Both the position numbers and the translations under genes were made by a program. The notes beneath the pieces are model-generated. The model saw only the letters and a program-made list of their open reading frames with translations. It did not search any database and was not told where the DNA came from. Shown piece by piece: positions 1 to 12,070 of a stretch of 64,000 nt of DNA. Where the stretch lies: contig NC_086108.1 in the NCBI RefSeq assembly GCF_963921235.1, positions 23,994,001 to 24,058,000 of the forward strand, read 5' to 3'. Position 1 is the first letter of the stretch, and each line of letters starts with the position of its first letter. This DNA is from Mobula hypostoma. Its lineage: Eukaryota.

Positions 1-800
1 CTTTATTAATCCCGAGGGAAATTTGGTTTCGTTATAGCCGCACCAACCAAGAATAGAGCGTAGACATAGCAATACAAAAAAACCCAACAATCAAACACAA
101 AAATACAAACTATGCCAGATGGAAAATAAGTCCAGGACCAGTCTATTGGCTCAGGGTGTCTGACCCTCCATGGGAGGAGCTGCACATTCGATGGCCACAG
201 GCAGGAACGACCTCCCCTGCCGCCAAGTGTTGTATCACGGTGGAATATGGCCGAAGTCCAACAGTAAAAAGTTCAATATCCAGTCTGCAGACACGTTCCT
301 TGATCGTAATATACCCTGGATTGCACCATCCGTTGTTGGCTAGAACAGTAAGCACCCAACTCCTTCACGCTTACCGCTCTCAGTGCACTTCCGGTCAGCT
401 GGAACGGTATTACCCACCGAACTCCTCTTCTCCAAAAGTCTCTGTTGTCTCGACCTGGTCCTCTTTCCTCGGCTTTGTGATCCCCCTCTGTGTGTTTTCC
501 GCTGGATTTCAGCAGGGGTGTCCGCCGCTCTGTTCGCTAAGCCGGCCGGTATTTCCTGGTCCGTGGGATACACAATGCGACCTTGCTCCTGTCCCACATG
601 TCGGGATGTAACCATTTCCAGCGCTAAAGAAAACCCAAATAAAACTCTGTCTACCAGCACGTTAGAGAGGGAGCAGCTTTGACGTGTTACCGTGTAAAAA
701 AAAATACAAAAAATAACGTAAATTAAAAAGTAAGAAGAAGGAAGTAAGAATAAATCAGAAAGGCTGTACCAGGCTGCATGCACAACCAGCGCATGCGCAC
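1..800 (-). mobile_element. Probable non-autonomous LINE-related repeat (Rex1/Babar-like tail), cut by the window edge
   Basis: It begins with a ctttattaatccc-type tail like other minus-strand LINE 3' ends and has a CpG-rich body. It abuts the LTR-like repeat at about 800. No convincing ORF. Confidence 0.35.
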
Positions 801-1403
801 TCCAGCCTCCTGCCAAGCCTCGCCTCGTTTCCTGCCTAGCCTCAAGCCTGAAGATTCCAGCCTCGTCCTGCCTGCCTGCCAAGCCTCGTCCTTGCCTGGT
901 TCTGGGGTACGAGCCAGAGGCAAGACCCAGGTACTGGGTCCTTGTCCAGTCTCTGGCTCGGAGTCCATCCTACCTCCTGCCAAGCCTTGCCTATAGCCTC
1001 AAGCCTGAAGACTCCGGCCTCTAGCCTCTAGCCTCTTGCCAAGCCAAGCCAAGTTTCTAGCCTCTAGCCTCAAGCCTGAAGACTCCAGCCTCCTGCCTCC
1101 TGCCAAGCCTCACCTCTAGCCTCAAGCCTGAGGATTCCAGCCTCATCCTGCCTGCCTGCCAAGACTCGTCCTTGCCTAGTTCTGGGGTCCGAGCCAGAGG
1201 CAAGACCAAGGTACTGGGTTCTTGTCCAGTCTCTGGCTCGGCGTCCAAGCCCGCGTTCCTAGCTGTCTTTTCCAGTCCTGTTCCAGGTTCCTGGTTTTCC
1301 TGTCCATGTCCTTGCCATCGCCCTGTATCCTAGTCCTGTCCCTTGTCCTTCAGTGTCTGTGTCTTGCACTTGGGTCCGTTCCCAGCCACCCCGCCTTATG
1401 ACA
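801..1403 (+). mobile_element. 3' part of an LTR (same family as 13832-15213) inserted in the Gypsy pol gene
   Basis: It ends ...gtcttgcacttgggtcc...TGACA at 1403, homologous to the minus-strand end of 13832-15213, and shares ggttctgggg...ccagtctc(t/g)ggctcggagtcca. It has an internal ~130-bp duplication (837-968 / 1116-1247) and short cctcaagcctgaaga repeats. Confidence 0.7.
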
Positions 1404-3825
1404 AGGAAGGAATTTATAGAGGAACAAAATAAAGATCCTGAAATTGTGGCCATGTTAAAGGAGACAGCTCTCACAGAAGAGGACGTTCAGGAAGAATCAG
1501 TAGGATATTATCTGAAAGGTGGGGTGCTAATGAAGGACCCTCACCCTAACCCTAACCCTACTGTGCTTGCAAGTGAGAATTGGGCCATTGAACATCAAGT
1601 AGTGGTTCCAAAAGTTTACAGGGCTGAAATTTTAAACATGGCTCACAGTATGCCTTTAGGTGGACATTTTGGAGTGAGAAAGACAGTGAACAGGATTACG
1701 AAAGATTTCTACTGACCTAATTTAAGAAAGGATGTTGTGAATTTTTGCCGGATTCGCCATACCTGCCAGGTTGTGGGGAAACCTAATCAGGTTATTCAAG
1801 TAGCACCACTTAAACTGATACCTGCTTTTGGTGAACCATTTTCCTAGGATCATAGAGGATTGTGTTGGCCCATTGCCAAAGACTGCAGCTTGTTATCAGT
1901 ACTTGTTAACAATTATGTGTGCTGCATCTAGGTTCCCTGAAACTGTGCCTCCCGGAAACATCCAGGCCAAGACTGTGTTAAAAGCACTCATCAAGTTTTC
2001 CACACTGGTAGGCCTGCCCAAAGAAATTCAATTTGTCCAGTGTAGTAACTTTACTTTGAGAACATTCCAGGGGATAGTTGGAGAATTGGGAGCTAAGCAC
2101 GTTGTGACATCTGCATATCACACAGAGTCTGAGGGAGCCTTGGAATGGTTCAACTCCACTGTTAAGACCATGATTAAAACGTATTGTCTGGAAAGTTGAA
2201 AAAACTGGGATGAAGGGGGTTCCCCTACTCTTATTTGCTGTTTGGCATTCAGTTCAAGAAACACTGGAGTGTAGTCTGTTTGACCTTTGAACTTGCTCAG
2301 AGAACAGTGGTCTGATCTGAAAATATACGTCAGTGTGCTAGGTTATGTTTTGAAATTCAAAAATGCTTAACAAGATTTGTGTCCTTGCAAAGCAGAGTTT
2401 GCAGAATGTTCAAATTAAAATGGAACATTGGTTTGATAGGATAGCACTTGTGGGTACTGTTATGAAAACAAATGGAGTCGTGAAGACTGGTAATCAGATA
2501 CCAGATAGTTTTAACAAGCTGAATATACAAACTTAGTATCAACAAGATTTAAGAATTCCATTGTTTTGAAAAATATTACTGACAAGATCCATCAGTTGGA
2601 GCCTATACAGCAAAATCAATTGAAAGAATTAATTAGCAAGTATAAAGATTTATTCTCTGACATTCCAAGATGGAGCACAGCTGCAGGGCATGACATCATT
2701 GCAGGCTCAATAAAGCCGATCAAAGAGCATCCTTACAGAACGAATTTAGAGGAAAGTAAAATGGTTGAGCAAGAAATTGGAAACAAGAAAGAACAAGGAA
2801 AGAGAGTGGATGACTGTACTGACAGAGTGGGAAAGCCTAAATACCTTACAAAGAATGACCTGTTAAAAGGATATTGGTGTGTTCCTTTGGCAGAGAGGGC
2901 CAAAGAAATATTTACATTTGTGACACCATCTGGACTGTATGAGTACAATGTTTTACCCTTCGAGATGAAAAATGCTCCAGGGACATTTCAAAGAATGATT
3001 AATTCTGTAATTAGAGGTTTAGAAAACACAGAGGCTTATATTGATGATTTAGTGGTCTGGAATGACACATGGGAAGAGCATACTGCCGCAGTAGAAGAAC
3101 TATTTGACAGACTTTCCAAGGCCAATCTTACCGTGAACCTTGATAAGAGTGAGTTTGGACATATCTGGGCTATGTAGTAGGCCAGGGCCAACTGGCTCCG
3201 TACAGGCCAAGGTTCAAGCTATTGCTGAGTTTCCTGTTCCGACAGGCAAGAAAGCTTTAAGGAGGTTGTTGGGAATGGTTGGGTATTATCGTAAGTTATG
3301 TAAGAACTTCAGGGACATCGCTCTCCCCCTAACGAAACTCCTAGGGAAGAGTGAAAGATTTGTATGGAGTGACCTTTGGCAGGAGGCATTTGAACGCCTG
3401 AAAACTGTCCTGTGTTATCATCCTGTGCTCAAAACACCTGATTTTAATGAACCATTTTCGATCGCGACAGACGCTAGTGACGAAGCTGCTGGGGCAGTAC
3501 TGTTACAGAAGGGTGTGGATGACATTGAACACCCAACAGCTTACTTCTCAAAGAAATTTAATGTGCACCAGAAAATTATTCCACTGTTGAAAAGGAGTTG
3601 CTATCACTTATTTTGGCTTTACAACATTTTGAAGTCTATGTTTGTTTTGCCCAGAAACCACTTGTGGTTTACACGGACCATAATCTATTGGTGTTTCTAA
3701 ATAAGATGAAAGATAAGAATAGAAGGTTATTAAACTGGAGTCTGATCTTGCAAGAATATGACTTAAAAATAAAACATGTGAAAGGCACTGACAACATTAT
3801 AGCTGATTGTTTATCTAGGTGTTAA
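1404..3825 (+). pseudogene. Decayed Gypsy (Gmr1-like) pol: integrase, then RT, then RNase H
   Basis: Integrase zinc-finger (AHSMPLGGHFG...) and core (DCVGPLPKT...SAYHTESEGALE) lie at 1404-2300. RT follows (DLLKGYW, YIDD; 2566-3177), then RNase H (TDASD, YTDH, ADCLSRC*; to 3825). Multiple stops, frameshifts and internal deletions. Confidence 0.92.
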
Positions 3826-3948
3826 GTTAGAAATTGTACACATTTTGCTCTATTATCTGATGATCATACATGTATTGTTTCAAACTTTGTAATTTACAGT
3901 TAAACTAAAAATTTTGATACATCAAAATTTTTCCTCAAAGGAAAGGGC

Positions 3949-4768
3949 TGTGATGGGGTCCTGAATTATCCCTATGATCTGTGCTTTTACAAAGAGAGAG
4001 AAAGAGTTGTTCAACACAAGCACCTTGTTATTAAGAGAGAGAGGGGCGAAGACTGCTCACAGTTTGTTTGGAATTTCTGCAAAAGGACACTGGCAGCTTC
4101 TGAGTTCCTACAGAGAGAGAAGGGAGGAGCTACTTGATGGACAGCTGGTGTTCAGCACAACAGTATTCAAACCAGTGTAATTCCTTGTTTCACAGGACAC
4201 GCAGACACATTAAGGTGTGGTGAAGTTACCACTATCCTGTTCAGGTGCCCACGAGTGTGGGACTGAGGATCGATTCTGAGGGATCGATCTGTGATTGTTA
4301 GTGCGTGAAAGAGCGCCCCTGTGGAGTCTACTAGTGTATCCAACCTTTGTCTGGGTTGGTAAACTATCACTTGAAGACAGGGCTCTTAAGTTGGTCAAGT
4401 TTGGCTAACTTGGAAGTTTTGGAAGACAACGGGAAGATCGATGGCATCAGCTCATCTGAAGAACTAAATATCCCTCTCTCTCCATCACTACTCAATTCAA
4501 TACAACGAGCTGAACTGAACTTTACTCATCATTGTAAGACTGTATCCATTTACTCCTAGATTTGAAGAAGCTTGGGGTTTTTCTATTTACACACACACAC
4601 ACATATATATATAAAATCATTGCTAACCTATTTGATTTATCTACATTTATATTTTTATATTACTGTATTGCATAGTTACTAATAAATACCATTAGTTAAT
4701 AACAATACCAGATTCCAAAGTGTTTTCCATTTCTGCTGGTTCTTTAACCTGTCACGGGGTACGTGACA
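3949..4768 (+). mobile_element. 3' LTR of the Gmr1-like element (~820 bp)
   Basis: A polypurine tract aaaggaaaggg at 3937-3947 lies just before TG at 3949. AATAAA is at 4681 and the element ends TGACA at 4768. Confidence 0.8.
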
Positions 4769-5217
4769 GTGGGCTTAAACTTTAAGCCTTGAAGATGCAT
4801 GGGCTGAATGCAGGAAAATGAGACTAGGTGAGCGGGCACTCAAATTAATATGGACTCGTTGGGCCAGAGGACCTGTACATTACTGTCTTGGTCCACGACT
4901 CAAAGACAGTACTCATCAATATTCTATGCAATAGTAAAAAGAAAACAGAGAAACAGTTACTTATTGCCTCAACATGCAAAGCACAGGAGCAACTCAGTGG
5001 GCCCAGCAGTCTCTATGGAGGGGAATGGATAGTCAACATTTTGGGTCAAGATCATTCTTCTGGACTGGAGGAACTCAGTGGGTGATCTGTGGAGAGAAAT
5101 GAACACTCCAGATGAAGGGTCTTGATCTGAAAATTTAACCATCCTTTTCTCTCCATAGTCATAGTCACCATAGTCATTTAATCCCTGTTCTCTTTCCAGA
5201 ATAAAATTGTACAGGAC

Positions 5218-6160
5218 AAGCTCTCAAAATTAACCTTGCCCATCAACTCAATCACAAGATAATTCTGTAAATATGGTTTTCATAAATAATGGCAGGTGCT
5301 GACTCAACAACGTTTTGGTTTATATGCATAAATCATAATAAGTTATTTATTGTATATTAGATCCACTCTAGGCCTACTTTGAGAATCACTGGAATTCATG
5401 GGCTGAAATGGTTTGGAGTAGAAATTCAAGGTGATGGGTTCCATTCCAATTTTCCTCATCACTACATTTTGAAACTTATTAGGTATCAGACACATCAATA
5501 GAAATGTTAACTGTGTAAGATAATCCTGTATCGATAATAAACACAAAATAATAATCATTCATCTGAGGTCAGCTACCATATTATGTGACAGATATTTTGC
5601 CGGTGCTGTTATAACTTATCAGTGAACGTTTTAATGGTATTTCACTGAGAGCCAAAACAATTCTGTATGGAGACACATATATCAGTTTGTAGCTCAGATG
5701 TTATGATAAAAATAACAACAAATATGCATAATTTTCCTTGAAAATATTGACTCATAAACTTTTTGACAGCTCCAACATAATCTCAGAAAACTTCTTAAAA
5801 CATATTGCATCACAGTTCTTGGTTTTGTGATCAGACAACCTTACAGAGGTCACAACAGAATGATGTAAGCACACAGCAGTTTCCAAGGTCCTGCAATTTC
5901 ATGCTGTGCTCAGGGCAAACAATTTGACCTATAATGCAGCATTCCACAGTCCCATAGTGCCAACAAATCATTCTCAATCAAAATGGCCACCATCTTGCAT
6001 CTCACTGAAAACTGGGAAACGTAACCAAAAGCTCTCAAAAGTTAACCTTGCTCATCAACTCAAGATAGCACAAGATAACTTTGTAAATAAGGTTTACATA
6101 AATAATGGCAGGTACTGACTCAATGACATTTTGGTTTATGTGCATAAATTATAACAAATT
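5218..6160. repeat. ~130-bp diverged direct repeat (5218-5345 and 6029-6160)
   Basis: Both copies read aagctctcaaaa(g)ttaaccttgc.catcaactcaa...cataaataatggcaggt.ctgactcaa...ttttggtttat.tgcataaat. Confidence 0.85.
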
Positions 6161-6309
6161 TGATGCAAAATCACTTGAAATAATTCTCCATCATTCTGGT
6201 CATAATTTTAAGTATGCACTTTCTATGGGACAGCTGATCATTAGACCTGACAACCACAAACTATAATTCTTTTTGATATCAAATCACTCTTTCTGATTTC
6301 AAGACGTAC

Positions 6310-6498
6310 CTTTGCTGATATCTTGGTATTCCATCCATAGTTGCTTCTGAACGGAGCGATTTGGAAACCAAATGATACACGTCTCCTCAAATCCATAGAG
6401 TGCCTCTTGGATGTAGTGATTGCCAAATTCCTCGAGCACAGATGCAAAGTCATTCCTCAAAGTGGCTCCATCCAAAGAGTGGATAGCGTGGGTAAATA
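6310..6498 (-). CDS. ASTN1: Astrotactin (ASTN1-like) internal coding exon, 189 nt, MACPF domain, phase 1-1
   Basis: The minus strand reads ttttctttttAG|TATTTACC...AGCAAAG|GTacgt, translating to (V)[62 protein letters not shown](G). This matches recalled ASTN1 HSLDGATSRADF...[17 protein letters not shown]...EYEDISKG. Confidence 0.95.
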
Positions 6499-6704
6499 CT
6501 AAAAAGAAAATAATGCATACTTTAAAAAAAGAAACAAGCTTATACATGTCCATAGCAAAGAGCAAACAATACAATTAACATAGAGTTTAGAATTACTGCA
6601 GCTGAAGCTGCGATTTACATCTAAACCAGTTATTACACACGATGCTCAAGTACACACCTTGCACACTTCCCATCCATGCTGGGTTGAGCATCAAGCTAAC
6701 AACT

Positions 6705-7025
6705 TTTTAGATTATGAAGACACGCAGTTCTCTTTTATTGTCATTTAGTAATGCATGCATTAAGAAATGATACAATATTTCCTTCAGTGTGATATCACAA
6801 AACACAGGATAGAGTAAGACTGAAAAAAAACTAACAAAACCACATAATTATAACATATAGTTACAACAGTGCAACAGTACCATAACTTGATGAAGAAGTC
6901 CATGAGGACAGTAAAGTTCAAAGTCTCTCAAATGTCCCACATCTCAGGCAGACGGAGAGAAGGAAGAAAAACTCTCCCTGCCATACCTGACCACAGTCCG
7001 ACTCTGAGTCATCCGAAAACTTCGT
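6705..7025 (-). mobile_element. Non-autonomous retroelement fragment (same family as 33680-34175)
   Basis: It shares ctccctgccata and ctgagtc...catccgaaaacttcg with 33770-33860 and has a ttttattgtcatt tail. Confidence 0.5.
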
Positions 7026-8280
7026 AAAAACAGTCAAGTGCTAAGAAGGGGCAAAAACATGCCACCCGATGCACCACAAGGCACTAAAGGGTACAACTGC
7101 AAGTACAAATAAGGGTTGGAGCTTCAGGTTTATCATTGCTGCAGAGTTCAAATGGTGCTCTTTTGCACAACTGGAGTTACATGTTAATACTGAACGGTAT
7201 TAATGGGTTTGTGAAGCCGGAGATCATTCAGTATGATGGCATGTCAGAACTCGTGCTTATTAATGTCTCACTCTGGTTGTACACAGGGTTTGAATAGTTG
7301 CTTCTGAAGCTCTGAGCAGTCTGAAATGTCAGCTTTATTGGCTAGATTATAGGTTGATAAATATATTGAAAAAATAACCTAATATTCTACATTCATTATC
7401 TTCACTTCAGAGGTTGTCAGTGTTAAAATTATGCTAGCCTAGTCAACTCATCAAGTTAGCAAAAGAATGAAGAAGCAGGAAAGCGCTCCCCATCTCCACC
7501 ATCTGACTACCTTTCTCACTTTAACTGGTTATCAAACTAACCAAGCAGACCAATTTCCAAACCAATCCTTGCATCTTTACAATGAAATTCCAGCCTAACC
7601 CTCACCCCCCATTTCTAATCAGACAGCTTCACAGAATTCCAAAAGACTGACAGCTGGGATAACTCCTCTACTTTCCTCCTCGATCTCCATCTGGGGCTAT
7701 GATAGAACAGGTTACTCTGCAATATGTTCGAATGGAGCCGATGGGCTGTACGGCCACAAAAGTGAACATGATTGTAATCATCTTATGATTCAATTTGCTG
7801 GTTTTCAAGAGTAAAAGTGGTCAAATATTTATTTATTTATTGATTGCAAAGTTTTGTGAAAAGGACCAGTTTTCCACTAAGAAGTAGCAATTCTTCCAAA
7901 CTTTCCACTTCATTAAATTTAATTTCCCAAATTATAACCATTTCTATTTCATTATTTCTAACTCCATACATTTATAACTAATTGCACCCATTGTTACAAT
8001 TAAATTTTCACCTGTGATGCTTTGGTCATTTTCTTATTTTTGACAATGCTCAATTTAGTTAAAGGACACAATTCCAAAGCTTGATGGTGCATTATTGCTC
8101 AATAATAAACCTGCAAACTGAAATAAGGTGACATATAACCATAGATATTGCTATTCTGAGACACACACTTCAGGATCAAACATTAATCCCTTTAATTAAC
8201 AGAGCTGAGTCTTAGCTGTGGATTGAAAATTTGTACCCACACATCAGAGCTTGAACAATTTACACACAAGAGATATAGTA

Positions 8281-8675
8281 ACACAGACAGAATGCTGGAG
8301 GAACTCAGCAAGCCAGTCAGCATCTATGAAAAAGAATACACTCGGCATTTCTGGCAGAGATCCTTTAGCAGAATAGCAATTTTCTATTAAAGACCCCCCT
8401 TCTCCAGCCCCGTATCTTTTTCACCAATCAACTTCTCAGCTTTTTACTTTACCCTTCCCCATCCATGTTTTACCTATCCCCTTGTGTTTCTCCCTCCCCT
8501 CCACCCCACCTTTTAAATCTACTTCTCTTCCTTTTTCCCCCAGTCCTCCAGAAGGATTTCAGCCCAAAACGTCAGCTGTACTCTTAATTTCCTTAGATGC
8601 TGCCTGGTCTGCTGAATTCCTCCAGCATTTTGTGTGTATTGCTTGGATTTCCGACATCTGCAGATTCTCTTGTTT
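8281..8675 (+). mobile_element. Penelope-derived fold-back mini element
   Basis: Inverted copies of the pseudo-LTR (aatgctggaggaactcagca.../...tgctgaattcctccagcatt) flank a pyrimidine-rich tail. A degenerate hammerhead motif lies at about 8541-8580. Confidence 0.75.
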
Positions 8676-9100
8676 GAGAATAATAGTAAGTTTGTTTGTT
8701 TGTTTGTTTGTTTATTTATTTATTTATTGTGATACTGTGTGGAATAGTCCCTTCCAGCTATGCTGCCTAGCAAAACCTTGACTTAACCCTAGCCTAATTT
8801 ACAACCAGATAACGTATCAATCGGTATGTCTTTGGACTATGTGAAGAAACTGGACCACTTAATGGCCTGTACCTGGTGACCAAGACTCCCTCCTGTATCT
8901 CTTCATCAGGAATAGATGGAATTATGTTCTAGTGAACGGCAGCTTGATTTTGAATTAACTCATAGATGCTTGGAAATCTCAGGTTGCTCAAAAGCAACTG
9001 TTGGAAAGGCTCAGCAAATCAGGCAGCATCTGTAGAGACCACTTTAGGTAAATGACTGTTCAAGTTCCAATGAAAGTTTATTGACTTGAATCGTGTATTC

Positions 9101-10389
9101 CAGAGGTCCCCAACCACCGGGCCGCAAAACATGTGTTACCGGGCTGCGAGGAAACGGTATGATTTGGCGATATGAGTCAGCTGCACCTTTCCTCATTCCC
9201 TGTCAACTCGTTGAGCTTGCAAATGACGGTCGGCTGAAAATTATGTTTGACATAACATCTCTGCTGGCATTCTGGATCAAAGACAAGGCTGAATATCCTG
9301 AGATAGCCACGAAAGCACTGAAAACGTTGCTTCCATTTCCAACATATTTCTGCAATGAATGCAACGAAAACTAAATTGTGGAATAGACTGGACATAAGGA
9401 ACCCCCTTCCAGTATCGTTGTCTCCCGTCACCCCTTGATGGGACTGTCTTGTTGCAGGGAAACAAGCCCAGGCCTCCCACTGATTCAGCGATATTGGTGT
9501 GTTGCAATGATTTTATATGTTCATACAGGGAAAATATGTGCTGCATGTTTAATATCCAAACATTACTTAAAATGTTATGATGCTATTGACTTATATAACC
9601 ATAATTACAGCACAGAAACAGGCCATCTCTGCCCTTCTACTCCGTGCCGAACGCTACTCTCACCCAGTCCCACCAACCTGCACTCAACCCATAACCCTCC
9701 ATTCCTTTCCTGTCCATATACCTATCCAATTTTTCTTTAAGTGATAATATCGAGCCTGCATCTACCACTTCTACTGGAAGTTCGTTCAACACTTACTTCA
9801 AGCTCCCCTGTCCTCCCCTGATAATTGACTTATCACTATATTCATGCGAGGAAAATATGCACTGTGTGTTTAATATTAAATTCGTTACATAAACCCTTTT
9901 AGAAAAGAAATTGAGTGGATTAGCCACTTAAACAACAGGAATTCTGCAGATGCTGGAAATTCAAGCAACACACATCAAAGTTGCTGGTTAACGCAGCAGG
10001 CCAGGCAGCATCTGTAGGAAGGGGTCTCGGCCTGAAATGTCGACTACACCTCTTCCTACAGATGCTGCCTGGCCTGCTGCGTTCACCAGCAACTTTGATG
10101 TGGATTAGCCACTTATTACCTATATTCTGGTCGTGATTAGCACCCCCGCCGAACATATTTGCCAAAAACGATTTGTAGAAAAAAATCGGCATGTACACGC
10201 ATGCGCACACAGGTGCCCGCGCAAGGCTTCATGGGCATGGTAGTCTTTCTCGGAGTAAACACAACATACTTGACGGCTACTCTTGTCCGTTGGCAACCCT
10301 ACTCCCCCCCCCCCCCCGGGTCGGCTGGTCCGCAAGAATATTGTCCATAATAAACCGGTCCGCGGAGCAAAAAAAGTTGGGGACCCCTG
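9101..10389 (+). mobile_element. hAT (Charlie/Buster-like) internal-deletion transposon with nested insertions
   Basis: TIRs are CAGAGGTCCCCAAC / GTTGGGGACCCCTG, with a perfect 8-bp TSD GTGTATTC (9093-9100, 10390-10397). A remnant of the transposase C-terminal dimerisation domain reads FWIKDKAEYPEIATKALKTLLPFPTY. Confidence 0.93.
9931..10099. mobile_element. Penelope-derived fold-back mini element nested in the hAT element
   Basis: It has ~50-bp inverted arms and a 16-bp direct repeat GTGGATTAGCCACTTA at 9915-9930 and 10100-10115. Confidence 0.88.
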
Positions 10390-11589
10390 GTGTATTCTGT
10401 TTTTACCATCACCGATGCTGCTTGACTTGCTGGGTATTTCTAACATTTTCTCCTTAACAGACTATTTTGTGTATTTAATATTTCAGTAATATCTGAGCAA
10501 TATTACAGATATATATTTTGGTTAAGCATTGTTTTTTGTTTAAATAATTCTTTATGGGTTATGTGTAAAAGTACATGAATGGTATACATCATTATGTCAT
10601 CAAGTCATACGTGCATGCCTCACTACAGTAAAAAGAAATTACCACATGTTTTCCTGGGCTCCCCATCAATTACTTTTATGTTTTGAAGTTATAAAACTTA
10701 TCAGACTACAATACCTGTAAATAGTTTAATAAGTAAAAGTTGATACAATTAATGTTACATCTTGCTGATGTTTTGCTAAAAGAGTATGAAAATTTGCGTA
10801 TTTTTGACACAATACTATGTGTATTTAATTATTTAAAAACTTTACATAAAACAAACTAGCTTTTGCTTTGAACCTGCTTCTATATCATTGGAATGTCTTT
10901 CAGAATCACTTTCCTTATGTACGAAGCATACCTTTATCTGTAGAAGAGGTAGTGGTTGCAATCCTTACCTCATACAGTCAGTCAACAGAATCACACGAGA
11001 GGTGCAGCAAAAGATGAAGCCATTCAGCCAATCAACTTTGCCCAAATCTAGCTAGCTTCCTTCGCTGCCCTCTCTCCAATGCCTTGAATTGTAGATCCTA
11101 AATTTCCTTACGTTATTCTTGGCACATTATGTCACCTGACTCCCAACTCTTTTACCAATGGAAACTTCCACTTGGGCCAGAGTCTTCATAATAGTGCATA
11201 GTTCTATCAGATCTACTCTCAAACTCTCTTTTCTATGCGAACCCACTCTAGTTTCTCTAGCCTATCCATGAAAGTGAAATTACTCTCCCATTGTAACATT
11301 CTTTAAAATCTTTCCTGTAGCCTCTCTAAGGTCCTAACATTTTCTCTTAAACATGGTGCCCAGAGTAGCACACAGTACTCCCATTGTGTTTTTTTCCCCC
11401 TCAGTATAATTACTTGAGTGAAAATTTCCCTGCTGCCGTGGTGGAATCTACACTTGGGTCCCTGAACCAATTGTTCACGACTCTGGATGCTTGTCCTATA
11501 ACTTAACCACCATGTTAATAGAACAACTCAAATGTATCAGATTGCAAATGATACTGAGTCTACATTAACTGGCATTGGTAAATGATACC

Positions 11590-12070
11590 AGACTTCCGTC
11601 TAGTAGTCTCCAACCTGATGGCATTAACATTGAATTCTCCTCCCCCCGTTTCACTTTCATTCTGCAGACTAGACTCCCTCCTACCCCTTCCCTTTTCCTC
11701 ACCTGCCTATCACCTCTATCTGGTGCCCCTCTTCCTTCCATTTTTCCCAGTCCTACTGTCCTCTCTAACAGGTTCTTCCTTCTACAGCCCTTTACCTCTT
11801 CCACCTATCACCTTCCAGATCCTTACTTCATTTCACCTGCTCCTCCTACCCACCTTCCCTTTACCTGGTTTCATCTATCACCTGCCAGCTCGTACTCCTT
11901 CTCCTCCCCCTAACCCCCCCCCCACTTTCTTACCCTTGTTTCTTCCCCCTTCTTGTCTAGTCCTGATGAAGGGTCTTGTCCTGAAATTCCTCTCCATAGA
12001 TGCTGCCTGACCTGCTGAGTTCCTCCAGCACTTGTTGTGGATTTCCAGCATCTGTAGCATCTCTTGTGTT
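11590..12070 (+). mobile_element. Penelope 3' fragment (end of GIY-YIG ORF plus pseudo-LTR)
   Basis: SSLQPDGINIEFSS matches the end of the ORF at 50691-51101, followed by a pyrimidine tail and agtcctgatgaagggtc. Confidence 0.8.

Noticed and set aside
1..6309. Nested TRIM32-like gene, as in the ASTN2 locus
   Set aside because: I saw no RING, B-box or NHL coding sequence in this intron segment or elsewhere in the window.
9093..9374. ZBED/SCAND3-like host gene
   Set aside because: It is only a short dimerisation-domain remnant inside a TIR- and TSD-bounded hAT element.
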